Source: Balanoglossus misakiensis (taxonomy: Eukaryota > Animalia > Hemichordata). From it: a DNA stretch of 64,000 nucleotides. A program made the translations under genes and the position numbers. Below the pieces are notes generated by a model. It was given only the letters and a program-made list of their open reading frames with translations, was not told where the DNA came from and ran no database searches. This document shows, piece after piece, positions 14,029 through 28,600 of the stretch (its first letter is position 1; every line of letters begins with the position of its first letter). The DNA is taken from contig CM082583.2 in NCBI GenBank assembly GCA_040954595.2, positions 4,765,374 through 4,829,373 on the forward strand, written 5' to 3'.

Positions 14029-17000
14029 ATCATGGCATCTTCATTTATGAGACTGTTCATGATCTCAATTATGTTAATGTTAAGTCGTTTGAATAAGATT
14101 ATGTGATTAGTGCAGGGTTTGTAATTTGTCTTTGTCAAAGCTTGCTGACTGTGCTTTGGGAGGCCCTCAGCTTGAAAATGACATTTTTTTTTTCTTTAGT
14201 GTGTCGTCTTCCCCCTGCATGGCATTATAGAAACAGCCCCTAGCTCCACGGTCTTCATCTGACACCTATTTACAAGAGAAGGCATTCTGTAATTCTAACG
14301 CACTCGCTGAACAGTGAACTTTATTAAGCCTTTCAATGGCTGCCTTTTATCCGAGCATATTGTTTTTAATGGAGGAGGGTGAGTTTGTGGATCGCAACAG
14401 GGCAGTAAGTGGGTTTATGGATTTGAAATACACAGGGCTTCGCTATTTTTCTTATATCGGGGATGGGCATTGTGATTTGCTTTAGAAGATTGACTTAAAA
14501 TTGTACATTTACATTAAGTTGACATTTTTTTCCCCCAACTGTTTGTTTGTCCTGCAGGAGGAAAACTCGCACAAATTTCATTAAGATTCAGTAAGGCTCC
14601 GCTCACCCTTAATCATCAATATGAATTCCTCAATTTTCCTATCAATTGTCATTTACAAAATTACCACGTTATCATGTAATATTAATTTGGAGACAAAACA
14701 GTGTGGTCACGTGGTACAGTGCCCCCTTTTTTTACCATGGCTTCTTTGTTAAATTGTTAGCAGTCTCTCAATATTCACATGAACTAATTACATACACTAT
14801 GAAAAGAGGATGATTATTTGGGGGGCAGCTTTTCCAGTTCCTGTGTAATTTTTATTCAAAAAGATAAACTTGCAGAAGCCAGGAAACTGGTTCATCATGA
14901 TGGTTAATACCACAGATTTGTTTTAGGTATTTTCCTATTCTTAGTATTTTACCATAAAAACTTAACTGGAGAGAGAGAGAGATAGGGAGCAATTTATTAA
15001 AACCCAATAATTACATTGCCGCTTGTATTATGTTTTTGAAATTGCTGCTGTGTATTTAATCAAGCTTGTGTTTTGGGCGAGCCTCTACGGTAAGCAGGCG
15101 GTGAAATTAATGCGAATTTAATACTCTGTATTGATCACGAGAAGTATAATTGTGGCCGGAATTTTTTAAAGGCTTCACACAAGTCGGTGGTAGAAAATCA
15201 AACATTAGCAACTAGTTCTAATGAACACAAACTGCGCGCATTGTCACCACGCTCAGAGGAGGCATGTGTCGGCTTCTGATTGGCTGGCCACCGTCATCGT
15301 TTTAAAACATAGCCTCCAGCCATTTGATAAAAGCTTACTAAGTCAGTTACAAATATGTTTTTCCCGTACTGTGGTGTTCATTATTGGCTAGCCGCCACTG
15401 TTTGCATTTCACTTTTTGATGGATTTCTGTGTCAGTTCAATTATGCTGCGTGATAATTGCTGAACGATTCCTCCGACCACACTACAATTTAATAGTATTA
15501 ATCATAAATTTATCTCATGTTTATTAAGCCTTTGGAAGAAGAAAATTTCTTATCATAACAGGAATAAATGCACTGAGCATATTTCACTCCCAATCCATTT
15601 TGTGTTTGGGGTTAACCGTAATGTCTGAAAGAAATAATTCATGCAATATTCTTATGATGGAAAAAGGAAATACCGGGGTCTATTATTCTATCTCAAAATG
15701 ATGGCTAATAATTTGAAAAGTAGTTTTTCATAAGTGAATCAGCATCTTCAAATTATGTATGGGGAGGGTTTTTTTTTACCGTAGGGTATTAACGGATTTG
15801 TGACACGGTCACTTTTTATGATGACAGCACACAGAGATTTCAATTTATATTTCTATTCATCGTCTAGGCGCAATGCAACATATTTTTTATCCTATCTGTG
15901 AGGGCTTTCTCCACGAGATGTCTCAGTTGTCGCAAATAAAAGTAAAGTATTTTTCGCTCAGATGGTTTGTCCATAAGTGATGCCCTAGCCTGGAGTGGTG
16001 GAGTTTGATAAAGCTCGCTTGTGTACACCTCCATGTTTTTGTAAGTCTTCACGAAGCAGAATTTTGCTGAGCATGTTTTCAAGTGTACGTGTGTGGTCCA
16101 TGTATTTTGAGAAAAAAAATTTATATCTTGTTATTCTTCTGAAAATGTAAAACAGGCAACTCCGTGACTACGAAGATGGGAGAAAGTGAGGAAAAATGAT
16201 TATTTTTATGTCTGAAGGCATGAAAGTAAAGTCATTTATAAAGTTGCAATTCTCAATCCCTGATTCTTACTTGTACATTGAGTACAGCTCATGTTATTCT
16301 TTTTTAGGAGTAAGCAAGGTGTTGAAATATAAATATAATATTCCTGAATGGAGTGATTTGCAATGTGTTGACTTGAGTAAATATAATATTCTCAGATGGA
16401 GTATAACTCTTCAATCTGATATTGAGGGGGGAAAATCGTTTTGCCTTGTAGTTCTCTGGGACAGAGCTGAAGATATATTAGTCTGCCTGTGGCATAGAGA
16501 CTGAGCTGTGAAGTGCAGTTTGGAATGTCAGAGTTGTGCCGTTTTACACGTCACTGAATCACAAGTGGACAGTACATGTAGGCCCTACTTCTAGAATCTG
16601 ACCCAGTATCTTCACAGCTTGGTAACTCCAATCCCCTAGAGTTTGTGATTTGCCAACGTCATCGTATTGTATTATGATACAATTATTTGCAAGTATCATC
16701 CATCAAAGAGCTTCGTGGGCTGGTAACGCCGGGCGCATTATTATATTTTTGCCCTTGTGTTAAACTTCTGAAGGAAATTCCAAGGTTTTCAAATCCTCCC
16801 ATAATTAACTGCAGATAAGCATCTTTTTCCTTCAAAAATTGACAACTAATCTGAAACAGGTTGCTGTAAATCCCGTATTGTCATCATTTTCTCCAAATTT
16901 GGTGAATTAAGTAGTATCTGCTTGAAAGTTGGTAAATTTGTGGGCTGCGAACGATGACTCATCACTCCAGTTTTTTTTTTTTTGCTTTTTACGTAATCAT

Positions 17001-20000
17001 GTATGCCTGTTGCTGTGGTTGCATATGGTTCTACCTTTCACAGTGATTTCCCCATTTAACCAGTAATTGTTCCTGCTATGGGAGAACTGATGCAGTGATA
17101 GTTATCCCTAATTGGATGGAAATGTCTACAGGCAAAAACAATATGCACGATTTGCTTGGCACCGTCCTTCCACACTACTAAACGATTGGAGGACGAATCC
17201 ATCATTTTGATTTTCCAACGAGTGCGCGTCGGCCTTCTGTCGTTTTTACGTGTGCTTGCACATGTACCAAGATTTTTTAAATGTGCACCATCAACAGGCG
17301 GCTACTGAAGTGGCTTCTCTCGAAATTCTCAGTCGGGCAAAACTCACTGGTTACATACTGGAGTGGTTTCTGATTCAGTTTTCTTTGACACCAGTGACCA
17401 CAGAGAGTTTGCTGTCATGGTCCGTTCACATTATCAAGAACTGCAGTACAGATAAAGTGTTCAGATTAGTTAATACATGAAATGTTGGGCTAACAACAGG
17501 TTGGCCCAGTGTTAGCTCTTTGCCACATAGCCAAACATAGAATGCTCAGAACAGTATTCAGTATGTACATGTAGGCACTCGCGCACGAACACTCGTACAT
17601 TTCAGCCATATTAGGACTCCACGTACTGTATAAGTAGAGAAACGTATCATACAAGAAATCAACATATACGAGAGTAGCTGTGTAATACTTTATAGAATGC
17701 CAGAGACAGTTGTTGGGAGATTTAATGTTTTCTGTGTTTTCTTGGAGAAACAAGCATGTAAATGCAACAGGGAAGACTTGATAAATGAGTTTGTCCCGAT
17801 TAAAACGTAGTGTGCTGCTAGTTAGCGTGCTGCCTTTGCTTTGCCAACTATGTAAGGCACACGTGTGTGACTTTGACATGCTTGTTTTTTAGAAAACACG
17901 TTTACTGTCATGTCAGTGTGCACTGACACCGAAAGAGTCGGCGCTGCAATCTAAGAGAAGCGGTGAAATGTGGAGCAGCAACAATCGGATCAGATCACAA
18001 ATGGTTTTAATGATGCACTGCGTTTGACCCAGTTCCTGTGGAGGAATTGACACAGAACGTTCGTTCTCGAAAGAAGAAGAAAAAAACGCAAACTAATTTC
18101 AATGGAGCCATCATGTGGCAATGTGTCTGTTTTATGTCGGTGGTAATAGTGCCTATAGACTGCTTATTGTTGCCTGCCTTTATTAGTATCAATATTGCAG
18201 CAAGTCCAGGCTCCACAAATTTCCTGTTCAGACTTGGAGGCCACCTTTGACAGTTGCTGCTTGCACATTACTCAGCCATACATGTATCTGAAAGTGACTT
18301 CATAATATATACATGCAACAATTCATCCAGAGATGATGTTTTGCAGTACAGAAATTCACAACTGCTATAGTATTCTGCTTTCCCTCAAATCTCTCTGCGA
18401 CTGGCCTACATGTATGCCCATACAGAAAGTCAGTAACACATTTTCTTTATTTGCTAGCAAGTGATAAATTTTTAGATTCATGTTGAAATATATGAACTAG
18501 CTTGCAGATGGAATGACAAAGAGCAAATTATAACATGTATTGTTAAAATGTAAGAAAATGCAAACCTGAATGTGAAAGGCGACTGAAATTGTGTCTTCAG
18601 TGTGCGTGCTTTACGTACATGCTTTGTTTGACAGCTGACACTTGCCTGCTTGTGCTTGCTACAAGACGGTGGCCTGTAAAGATAAATTATTTTCCCCTAC
18701 ACAAGCGGCTCTGCTTGTCGTAGTTTGTTGCATCAGGGAATGATTTCATTCATCGTGATAGTTTTAAGATGTGTGTGTATCGTGTAAATGATAAGTGAAG
18801 ACTCTTCAGGAGCCATCTTACAGTAGAATGGATTATCCCTTGCCGCGTGCCTCGCGATTAGTTGTACAGCTGTATCCCTGCCACAGCCTCTCCACTACAC
18901 GGCTGGAGTAAAATCCATTTCCTTTGCTTGTAATGACATTTTGTGGCCGGTTTCCTTCAATGGCAGTGGCATGCACCTAATAAAAAAAAATTCACCGGTG
19001 GTACGAGAATGCAGCTCGGCCCCTTTGAAAGCCAGCGAGTTATTTGTACATTTGTGCCTGCTATCAAGTGCTCTCAACTGGGTTTATGGACAAACTTGTT
19101 TTGATTGTTGACCCAATGATAATATAGAACCTATAGTAGCTGATGATGGTGGTGGTGGTGGTGATCTTAGAAAAGGCAAACTGGAAATGTTTTTATACCA
19201 AGTGTGTCAACATGCTAGAAAATGTAATTCAAACCCGACAGTATTAAATTGTAACATTCAGTGTCTTTCAGAAACTATATACCAGTATCACTGTTTCATT
19301 GATTACCAAATTTGTCAATTTTTTTAAAACAAGTTTGTCACTGGCATGAAACAGTACAAACAAAAGTTTAAAGGGAAAACGTCAACTGCTGTTATTTCGC
19401 ATCTTTGCGGTCAGGGGTCAGGCATTTTGAAATACTTGCGTTATTCTCATGATGAGAGGATCGGTACTTGGGATTCCTGCCCTGTGGGCCAGTTAGCAAG
19501 TGTACCATGGATACATTGTGTTTAATGTGTAAAATAATGTACACACACTTCTTGTGCGTGTTCACTGCAGAAACCCCTCTTCCTAACATGATCATTATAA
19601 TGTGCAGCGTTAACCTTTTGCCGTAAATTGTAAAAAGATTTAATACAGCATAAATTTCAATCAACTGTAAATGACATCTCATTGCAAACAAGGCCTCCTC
19701 CGTTGCCATGTCACCCGGTATGTCAACTGAGAGCCGTTAAATTCGGAACAGAGAAAAGTGTATTGGTGTGTGTGTGTGTGCGTGCACGTGCCCACACACA
19801 CACACACACTTTCGACAACACCACCCAGCCACTGACATCACACACAACACAACCATGAGCTTTCCAACCCAAGCATTGAACACACAGCCAGCATTAAGTT
19901 TAGATGCATCTTACTGTGTGTAGGATGCAAGCACTCGTACACACACATGTGCAGATATTCTACACAACCATATAAGGTATAAAATGAAAATATGAAGTTA

Positions 20001-22428
20001 CTCAGCCACCAGACCTACATTGTATTCTTATACTGTCCATGTCCGTGAAATGAAAGTGGTCTAACTCTTCTGCGCGGTAGACAAAAGCTTAAAAAGATGC
20101 ACAAAACTGTCAGTTTTGGTGGAAGTTGCCCTGATGATTGGAGATATGTGTTCTTACTACCCCCGGTAGATGGTAAACCTGGCTTTAGTTGCACATGTAC
20201 CTTAAATGAGAAGGATTTTAAAAATCCTGTGATGCCTAATGCGTCGTCTCTTTCCAACAGAAAGTTGAATATTAGCGACAAATTTCCACGCAAGATGCAG
20301 CACACAGAAACAATGTGAAAAAAAAGACAAGTGACAGGTTAAACCGCAGTGATGGAAACAGACAAGACTTTGTGTGTCAATCAGGCAGACAGTGTAAAGG
20401 GTTTGATCTCCGAGAGTTTCATGGTATACTTACTTCATGGCTCCAGTGAGTCAAGCTGACTTCCTGTATTAGTGTTCTCTAATAGAGGAAGAGGAGGAGG
20501 AAAAAGGGGAAGATCTTTCAGTGGTGGGTTGCATTGAACAGCGCATCCGGAAAGATGATGCTCATTATCTCAATACATGTGATAATGAGCGGCCACTGTC
20601 TGCTTGGTGCCTGTGATTGATTGCTCTCATTAGTCACTTCTCATTGTCTTTCACAGTGAAGGCGCTCTGATTGAATGAAACTGGCCACCGCGTAATGTTT
20701 CAGAAAGCGTGCAATATATATTTTTACTGTTTTCTGTGTTATCTTAAATATGATCGCTTTGATTTTGTCAGAAAATAGTTCGCGCCGTTTTGGAGACTCT
20801 AGTGTGTGACCGCGGATGTTAGGAATTATTAAATGTTGTGCAGCTGTAAAATCTCCTCGTCTTCAGCTCACATGCCCGAATAGCCGGTCTCTTTTAAGTC
20901 GAATGCCTCAAATACAGTCATTGCAGATTAACCTTCATGTAGAATTTATTGCTGGGCAGATTGCGATATAAACTTGGGAGGGGGTGGTCTTTGGTTGGCA
21001 TGGTACTTCACACAGCACAATGTACCACAGGCGGTTATACTATTTGGGGAGTGCAAGGAATCAAATTCAACCCCCCGATCAATTACAAAGACAATTCCCT
21101 AACAAGATTTGTCATTTCCTTCCTTCTGCTTTTAACTCTTATCTAAATCCAGAGCTCCTCTCTGAAATTGAGACTTATTACTCTTCATGCCCATATCTCC
21201 CCGAGCGAAGATGACATTGTCATGGCAACAGTTTCCACAGTAACACCCTATACAGTATTCTTTATCACTGGGCCATTGATATCCATGTAAACATGCATTA
21301 TATTTTACATGTACCACTGATTTCAGATAAGATAACTGCCTAGCTGGAATGCAAGGGTATCATTACTCTTCTGGAGTGATACGATTATTTGAGATTTTTT
21401 TCTACTTTCTACGTATTCATATTTATTTTATTTGATGGGGAAATGACAAAAATGGTTGCAGCTCTCTCAGGGGGGCAACCAGAGAGGTAGATAATGGGGC
21501 CTCTCATGCTCTTAAATGAAATTGGCCATATTTTATGAAGAGCCTATGTGTGTGTGGTGCTTATCTGTTTTTGTACCCGTATGACGGTATGTGTGAGAGT
21601 GTGTGTGTGTTCTACATGTATGTGGTGATGCACGATGTCTGTGGGTGTGTGTATTTCTACATAGACGTACATGTGATTGTAACATAACATAAGCAAGATG
21701 GTCACTCAGTAACTTAGTGTGTGTATTTTACTGACAGTTTCAGATGGTGGTTTATCGTGTACGGACAATGTTGTGTTGTGAGTTTGGCTTACAATCAGTG
21801 TCTACTTACAAATTACTGTTGACATAATCGTGGTACTTTATAGTCACTTCATACATATAACATGTGATGAATGAAGAATGTATATTCATGTATATTGTAT
21901 TCTTGATGACATTTAAATTCATCATTTGGTGTGAATGTATGTTTTGTTATAAAACATACATACACTCAAACTTTCCAATAAAAGTCTTAGGTACATGTAC
22001 TGAAGTACATGCCATGGATGTAGATGAGATATTAGCAACCACAATTTGCCGTTAAAGTAGGTTGCTATTTTTATTTTTTATCCACACTGAATTGTGTATT
22101 TTTGTTTAATAGCTGTGTAGCAGTATTCCACATCTCAGTAGACAAGTTTTAAATTTAATACAAGAATGTTGTAATGTAGTGTTGTAGTGAAATCTGATTA
22201 ATGCTTCTGCTCTGGTAGGTCAAGTCACCTGTGGATAATTTACGCTAGTAATGATAAAATTTCTCCGTTTTCACGCGAGTGTGACACCAATAATAAAGCA
22301 AAAAACAATAATGGGGCGAAATATGAAACAGTGCGTAGGCATAGTCGCAGATGCATACGATGATGAATAGCTTTTGGCTTCTTGTCAGATACAAAAGATG
22401 AGCACAGGGAACTTGACTTTGAACACAG

Positions 22429-22501
22429 TATCGCAACTTTGATAATTCAATATCGCAACTTTGATAATTCAATATCACAACTTTGATAATTCAATATCGC
22501 A
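22429..22501. repeat. 22-bp minisatellite, about 3.3 copies
   Basis: Unit tatcgcaactttgataattcaa. Confidence 0.9.
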
Positions 22502-22921
22502 TATAGCTGCAAAGAGGTGAAGTGGTCGTCTTCTGACTGATTATTTTGTCCACCTTTTCCATCAATGTACATTCACTTCTGTCCTGATGTACTTGAATTA
22601 TCGGTGAACAGGGTGTTTGCTCTCCTTGGCACTGAAGTTGTGATTTATTGATGATTGATAGCTCGATGTTGTAATTTTACTCAATGACACTGGTCTTCAA
22701 TTTGTCATGTTAAATGTACCTGCAGAGTGAAAATGGTGTGTTTCAGTAACTTTGCTAATGTAACCAAATAATTTAGCATGAAAAGCTAGTAGACTTGATA
22801 CAAAGGGGGCAATGAATCCCCAAGGCAGTTAATAGAAGCTCGTGAGGAAAAACGAGGTCCAAAAGAAATCGTCCAAAAATAACATACTTTAGTTTAAATA
22901 GCACACATGGCTATTTTCATG

Positions 22922-24092
22922 TTTTTACGGGCCCAAGCCAAGCCAGGCTTGGGCCCGTATTGGTTTCGTTGGGGTTTTTCTTTCTTTCTTTCTTTCTTTC
23001 TTTATTCTTGGTTCATTTCTTTCGCGCTCTAGATCTCAGACACCGCTGCAGGTACAGTTCTCAAACTTGCTACAGTGGTCAAGGTCAATGAGTAGATGTG
23101 CAGTGACTTGTGAATACTTAATTAGTCACGTGACATGGCGGCCATATTGGATTTTCTGAAAAAATGCAAATCTCAGATCTCAGAAACTACAAGTCAGATC
23201 GACTTCAGATTTGGCGTGCTGGTAGTATACCCTCTGCCCATCATTTTTGTAATTGGATATTTTGCTGTCAATGTTGCAGTTTTTTTGCTACAGTTGTTTT
23301 TCTGAAATCTGGTCAAAATTTCAAAAATCTTCTTCTCCAGAACCGGTGATAACCGAGTCACGCCGTTTGGGGTATGTGGTCACCTAACTGATGTCTATCA
23401 AGTTTGCGAAGATCATTGTGATTGGTCGAAGATTATGGCGGCCATATTGGATTTTCGAAAAACCATAGTAAAACTTCAAAAATCTTCTTCTCCAGAACGG
23501 GTGATAACCGAGTCACAAGATTTGGTGTGTGTGGTCATTAAACGGATGTCTATCAAGTTTGCGAAGGGGAATGTGATTGGTCGAAGATTATGGCGGCCAT
23601 ATTGGATTTTTTGAAAAACGATTAAAAAGTAAAAATTCCTTTTCTAGCCTAAAAATTGATAGCACAGAAATTCTTTTTATGGATATGAATCATCATATGA
23701 CAAGAATAACCTATAAATATTTTGGTAATTTTGGCAATGACCTTTGACCTACTTTTGACGAATCATTTTTCTGCATATCTAATTCCAGGCTAACCAATAG
23801 GGCTATAAGTTTGGTTTTTGATGTATGTGGATTTGTATGTGATCAAAAAATTTTGCTACTTTTCATGACCCCTTTGACCTCTGGTGACCTCATTAAATAT
23901 GCATATACCTAATTACAGATGAACCAATAGACCTAGAGGTTTTGTTTTTGTTATACATGGACCAGTATGGGGTCAAAATATTTTGCCCAAATGTTGGGTG
24001 ACCTCGGGTGACCTTTGACCTACTTAACACTATATTAGCACCTGATCAGATAATAGAGCTTGGGCCCGGACAATGCTGCTTGCAGCTTTAAT
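22922..24092 (+). mobile_element. Non-autonomous Helentron-associated element (HINE/DINE-1-like)
   Basis: 5' T-run plus palindrome acgggcccaagc...gcttgggcccgt, (TTTC)n microsatellite, internal 155-bp tandem repeats, TGACCTTTGACCT motifs, 3' subterminal repeat gcttgggcccg, terminal hairpin gctgcttgcagc, then a T-run. Confidence 0.88.
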
Positions 24093-25500
24093 TTTTTCTG
24101 ATATTGTTTGAAATCTAGCATTCTCCTGAGAAAGGCTTCATTTCATGACGTTGCCAAACCCCATCCCTGCCCCATGAGAGAGAGACACATTGAGAGATGA
24201 GATAATGTTTCTCTGGTAATCTTTGGTCATCTTGCTGGCTTTTATTTTCAATTTTCTGATGTAGCCCTAATCTGAATGCCTATAATTGATGTTCATGGCA
24301 GTCTGTGTTGTGTACCTCTGGAATGGCAGCTTCCAGCCAAAGGAAAATGTCCGCCCTCTTCTTTGCATAACAGTCGAAAGGAATTAGCATGCATATCTAC
24401 TTGAGAGTTGCATCATTTTGATAATAACCAGGATGATTAGGCCATGATAGATCTTTTATGAACAAACTAAGGGTGGGGTTAGGGGATTAAGGTATCTTCT
24501 GAACTTGATTGATGTGGATAATTTATCGGCTCATATATTGTTGGAAAACAAATTGTGGTAATGCACTTTCAACTTTTCGGATTTTGACCAATTTACCCAG
24601 TTTATCTGTCAGCTCTTTCCTGCAGTGTCGGTTGAATTTTGCAGCTGACATGCAAATTCAAGTATTCAGAGCTTTGTTTTGCAAGTAAATGTATTGGAGT
24701 CTGTTTACTATAAACTTTCACTGATGAAACGTGCTAAAGCAGGCTACTGTGGATTAATTATATATGTATGATAACAGACGTGCAAATCTTAACAATCTTA
24801 GTGAATGAGAAAATTTGTGCTATTTTGACAGAAAGACCTCAGAGTGGGAGAAAAAGAGATTTCTAATAAAAAAAATGTGCCGTACAATGTTAAGAAAATA
24901 GATTGATAAATTGCATATGTGATCGCACCACCCACCCCAATGCTCGCCACCACCCATAGAAAAATGAAAAAAGTCACCAAGTATCAAAGGATATCATAAT
25001 AGTTTAGACTAATATGCCATCAGATTGAGTGTTGTGATGTATGGCTGTCTTTTTGAAGTCTTTTGTAATCTTGAGCGAGAATTTGCACAGTGCTTGTCAA
25101 ACAGTGAAAGCATTGCTCCAATTTTTGTTTCATTAGTGTGGGGCTGTTCAATATTTGTCTTAGTGATTCTTTTGTTGGTGGAAAAAAAAAACTCTTCTCG
25201 TGTAATGAGGATGTGGACTCGTTTTGTGACGTTTCCTGCTGGGTAGGCTAGAGTGCAAGAGCTGTGGATTTTTACTGGCTGTCTGTTGACTTTCAGCATT
25301 TCTCACTAGTTGGTAGCAATTTAAGGTGCACGTTTTCAAATATAATGAATTTCCTTGCTGCTGCGCTAAACTGTTTTTTTTTATCAAAAAGCGATCGGGG
25401 CTGACATCATACGGTCAAATATGTGTTATCAGAGATGCACCCACAGTTCTTCTGAATGTATAGAGTTAGAAAATTCTGCTTTGTGACACGTGTGAATGTA

Positions 25501-25669
25501 CTATAAAATGGGAACATTTCACAAAGTAAGCAAGCGCAAAAAAAATGCAAAAAAAAATAGTCACGAAAGAACAATGTGTACGATGTTTTTCAGAGATAAG
25601 AAAATGCGAAAAGTAATAGTTGCGAAAAAGTCGTCTGTGTTGATATCGCAAAAATTTCCCGTTTTACAG
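25501..25669. mobile_element. Degenerate TcMar-like MITE
   Basis: Imperfect TIRs ctataaaatgggaacattt / aaaatttcccgttttacag, TA at the left flank. Confidence 0.55.
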
Positions 25670-28600
25670 AATGTGGAATGATGTTTGAATAATGTCCCCT
25701 GAGGGAATAGCTTTTTCTTGTGCCAAAAAATTACTCGGGTATCTGGACCTAGCATTTTAATAAGCGCACAGACTAACTGTCAACCAGCTGAAAATAATAT
25801 GCCCTTGCAGGTTCTTTCAAACCAGTTAGGAAATTTTTAAAATAAAATATTACTTAGTGTTATGGGCACTGTGGAAAAATATTTATTGTGAAAAAAAAAT
25901 TGATGTGTTTACTACTTAAATAATTCAGACGTACGTTGTGCCAGGATTAGACTGGAGGATGTACATAGTTGGTGAGATTTAAACAGAAAGACTCTTGATT
26001 CGCCCTGTAATTGAGGGAAGATTTTCCAGTATTTTAAAGAGAAAGAGTCCAAACACTGCGACTTTTATGAAAGCGCTCCGTAGATGTAACCGTTCGGGGT
26101 TAGAGTTTGCCGAGAAAGCTGCACAGGAAATGACACGAAGTGTTTCTGTCAAGTGTCGTAGTAGCCGAGGTTGTAAAAGCAATTTGGAGTCTCGAGTGGA
26201 CGTGTTCCACCCAATGAAACGGCCTGGGCACAGGGGCATGACGGAAGAACAGCTTGTCAAGATGTCAGGTATCACCTACTTGTCTCTCGCTTGCCACCCC
26301 CTCCCTCTCTCCCCGTATCGAGGTGTGCGTCCTCTCAAGAATGCCACGGCCTTCACGTGACAAGCGTGGCTGTCACCCAGAGGCCTGTGCAGAAAAAATA
26401 AATGCTGCAGATTTGAAAAAATCAGCAGTTGGCATCACCTGCAGCTTTTTTGGAGGGGGGAGACAGTTGAGCAGCAAATCGGCCATGAAAAGAGGTCTGC
26501 CAGACTGCCAGTACATGTACATCCATTGGGAATTGCGGTCCGCTCCTTGGTGATGATATCTACTAGATGTTTCCTGTTTCCATGGGTCTCCGTCACATGG
26601 CATCGAAATAAAATCTGGAGACAGCATAAAATTAGGTGTAATACTAATATTGGTTGATTGGGCTGTTTTTAGGGCATATCGTCGATAATAAGCCAGCAGT
26701 GATGAACAAGTTCAAAAAAATTTTCCATTAAATTTTATTTTTGTGTGTGGAAGAAAACCATGAACATATATGTCCAGTTGGAAATGAATGAGGGAATGAC
26801 GCGTGGATTTGAAAATGCCCTAGATTGCACACAACAGACAGCCCCTTGATTCACATGTTGCAGCCTAGCACTTCAACCTTAACACTTCACTCTATAGCAA
26901 GGTATTCCGATGACTCATTCGCACTCCCCCCCCCCCCCCCCCCCCTGAATCTAATTAGGATGATTATAGCACCATTCTAAGAAGTTGTTCACATTCCAAG
27001 GACGACCTTCCAGTGACCTTTCTCCTAAACCTCGGCTATAATTTGGTTTCTTGTGTAATTCTGGGGCAGTTGTGTGAAAGTGATCATGCCTTTAAGTTGG
27101 GGCCTGCACGCGACCCCTTTCTTCTCTTCACTTTTTAAAGGGACTGACAATGGGTTATTCCATATTTCTTGGTTACAAAAATAAAATCGTCTGACACTCA
27201 TACTTCTGATGAGAAACAGCAGAAAAAAATACATGTACATGAACCTCATTTAAAGAAAAATAAATACAGAAATATTGAAGAATTTTTTTCTGTTTGAAGA
27301 AAAAGAAAATAGCCTGTGTGACAATATCCTGCTGTAGTTGCCATGAAAACATTGCTTGGTCAGAATAAAAAAAGTGTATTGAAGTCTCATTGTATGCACA
27401 TGTATGGGTATATTGATTGGACTCCAATAGGAAATGTATTTCAAAATTTCTCTCAATGGCCGCTAATGTCAGTTTGTAAATTCTCAAATTATTGATACCT
27501 CTTGATTAAGAGGAGTGAAATAATATTTTGATGGAGAAATTGTGAGACGGGGTCATATCCTATTGTGACAAAGTTGGGGCACAAATTTCAAGGCATGTTT
27601 TGCGCTTGAAGAATTTTCATATTGCTTTCAATCATGGTGATACTGTTTTTGTTTGCATTGTGAAGAAAAACATACTGTGTCAATAGTGTAGCTATAATAG
27701 TTTTCAAATTGATTAATTTCTTATAAATAATGTGAAATTCACAATTTGGTGTAAAAATTGTAAAAATATATGCGAAATTCTCACAATTTGGTGCAATATT
27801 GTAAAAATCAGACCACCCTACGAATTATTGCCCATCTTTTTATGAAATATTTTTTTCATATATCAGTACATGTACTATGATGTCATATGTAGGCTTGGAA
27901 GTGGGATACCTCTGACGCATGACTTTTCATGTGACACAGGAACATTGCGTATGTGCAATATAATGAGTTTATGATAACGTATCCATCTTACTGGAATGTC
28001 ACCAGGGAACGAAACGTACAATGAATGTGAGAACTCTTGCATTTCATAATTTTTATTTCACCAGACCCGATTTACAAGTAATACGGGAGGTTTTAATCCT
28101 CGTTCAGCCAAGTGTGTTTACGAAATACTAGCTGCTGATATTAGGTAGTACACAGTCACCTGGGAGGTGGTCATGGAATATTGTTATGAATATTTCATAG
28201 TATATGCAATGGGCTGCTTCCTGCGCGACTCCAGTGTGATAGCTCAAGTGCTATTCGTTTTCATTGATTAATAAAGCCTCTGTGAGCATTACCAGTCGGC
28301 CGGCTGGATCGCCAAATATCCATTGTCACTTGTGGCTTGTTTTTTCCGCATTGATCTGTCGCCGGACCGTGCTTCTGGGAAATGATTGTACTTCTTTTTA
28401 TTTCGGTTGATAAAAAATTAGCATAGATTGCATGCACTTGGAACATCGATTTTGTGTTCGGCCAAATTCTAACAGCCTGTCCTTTCTGTACATATTTTTT
28501 CTCTCTCTGCATTTTGTAATTTGTCATATTAGAGGGGCCAAAGTGAGGATGAAATCTCACGGCCGGTGCCCACCAACAATGGAGCTGTTAGAAAACAATT

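Noticed and set aside
22429-23630. Regular repeats as a CRISPR-like array
   Set aside because: Head-to-tail tandem units without unique spacers, in a eukaryotic context; minisatellite and HINE internal repeats.
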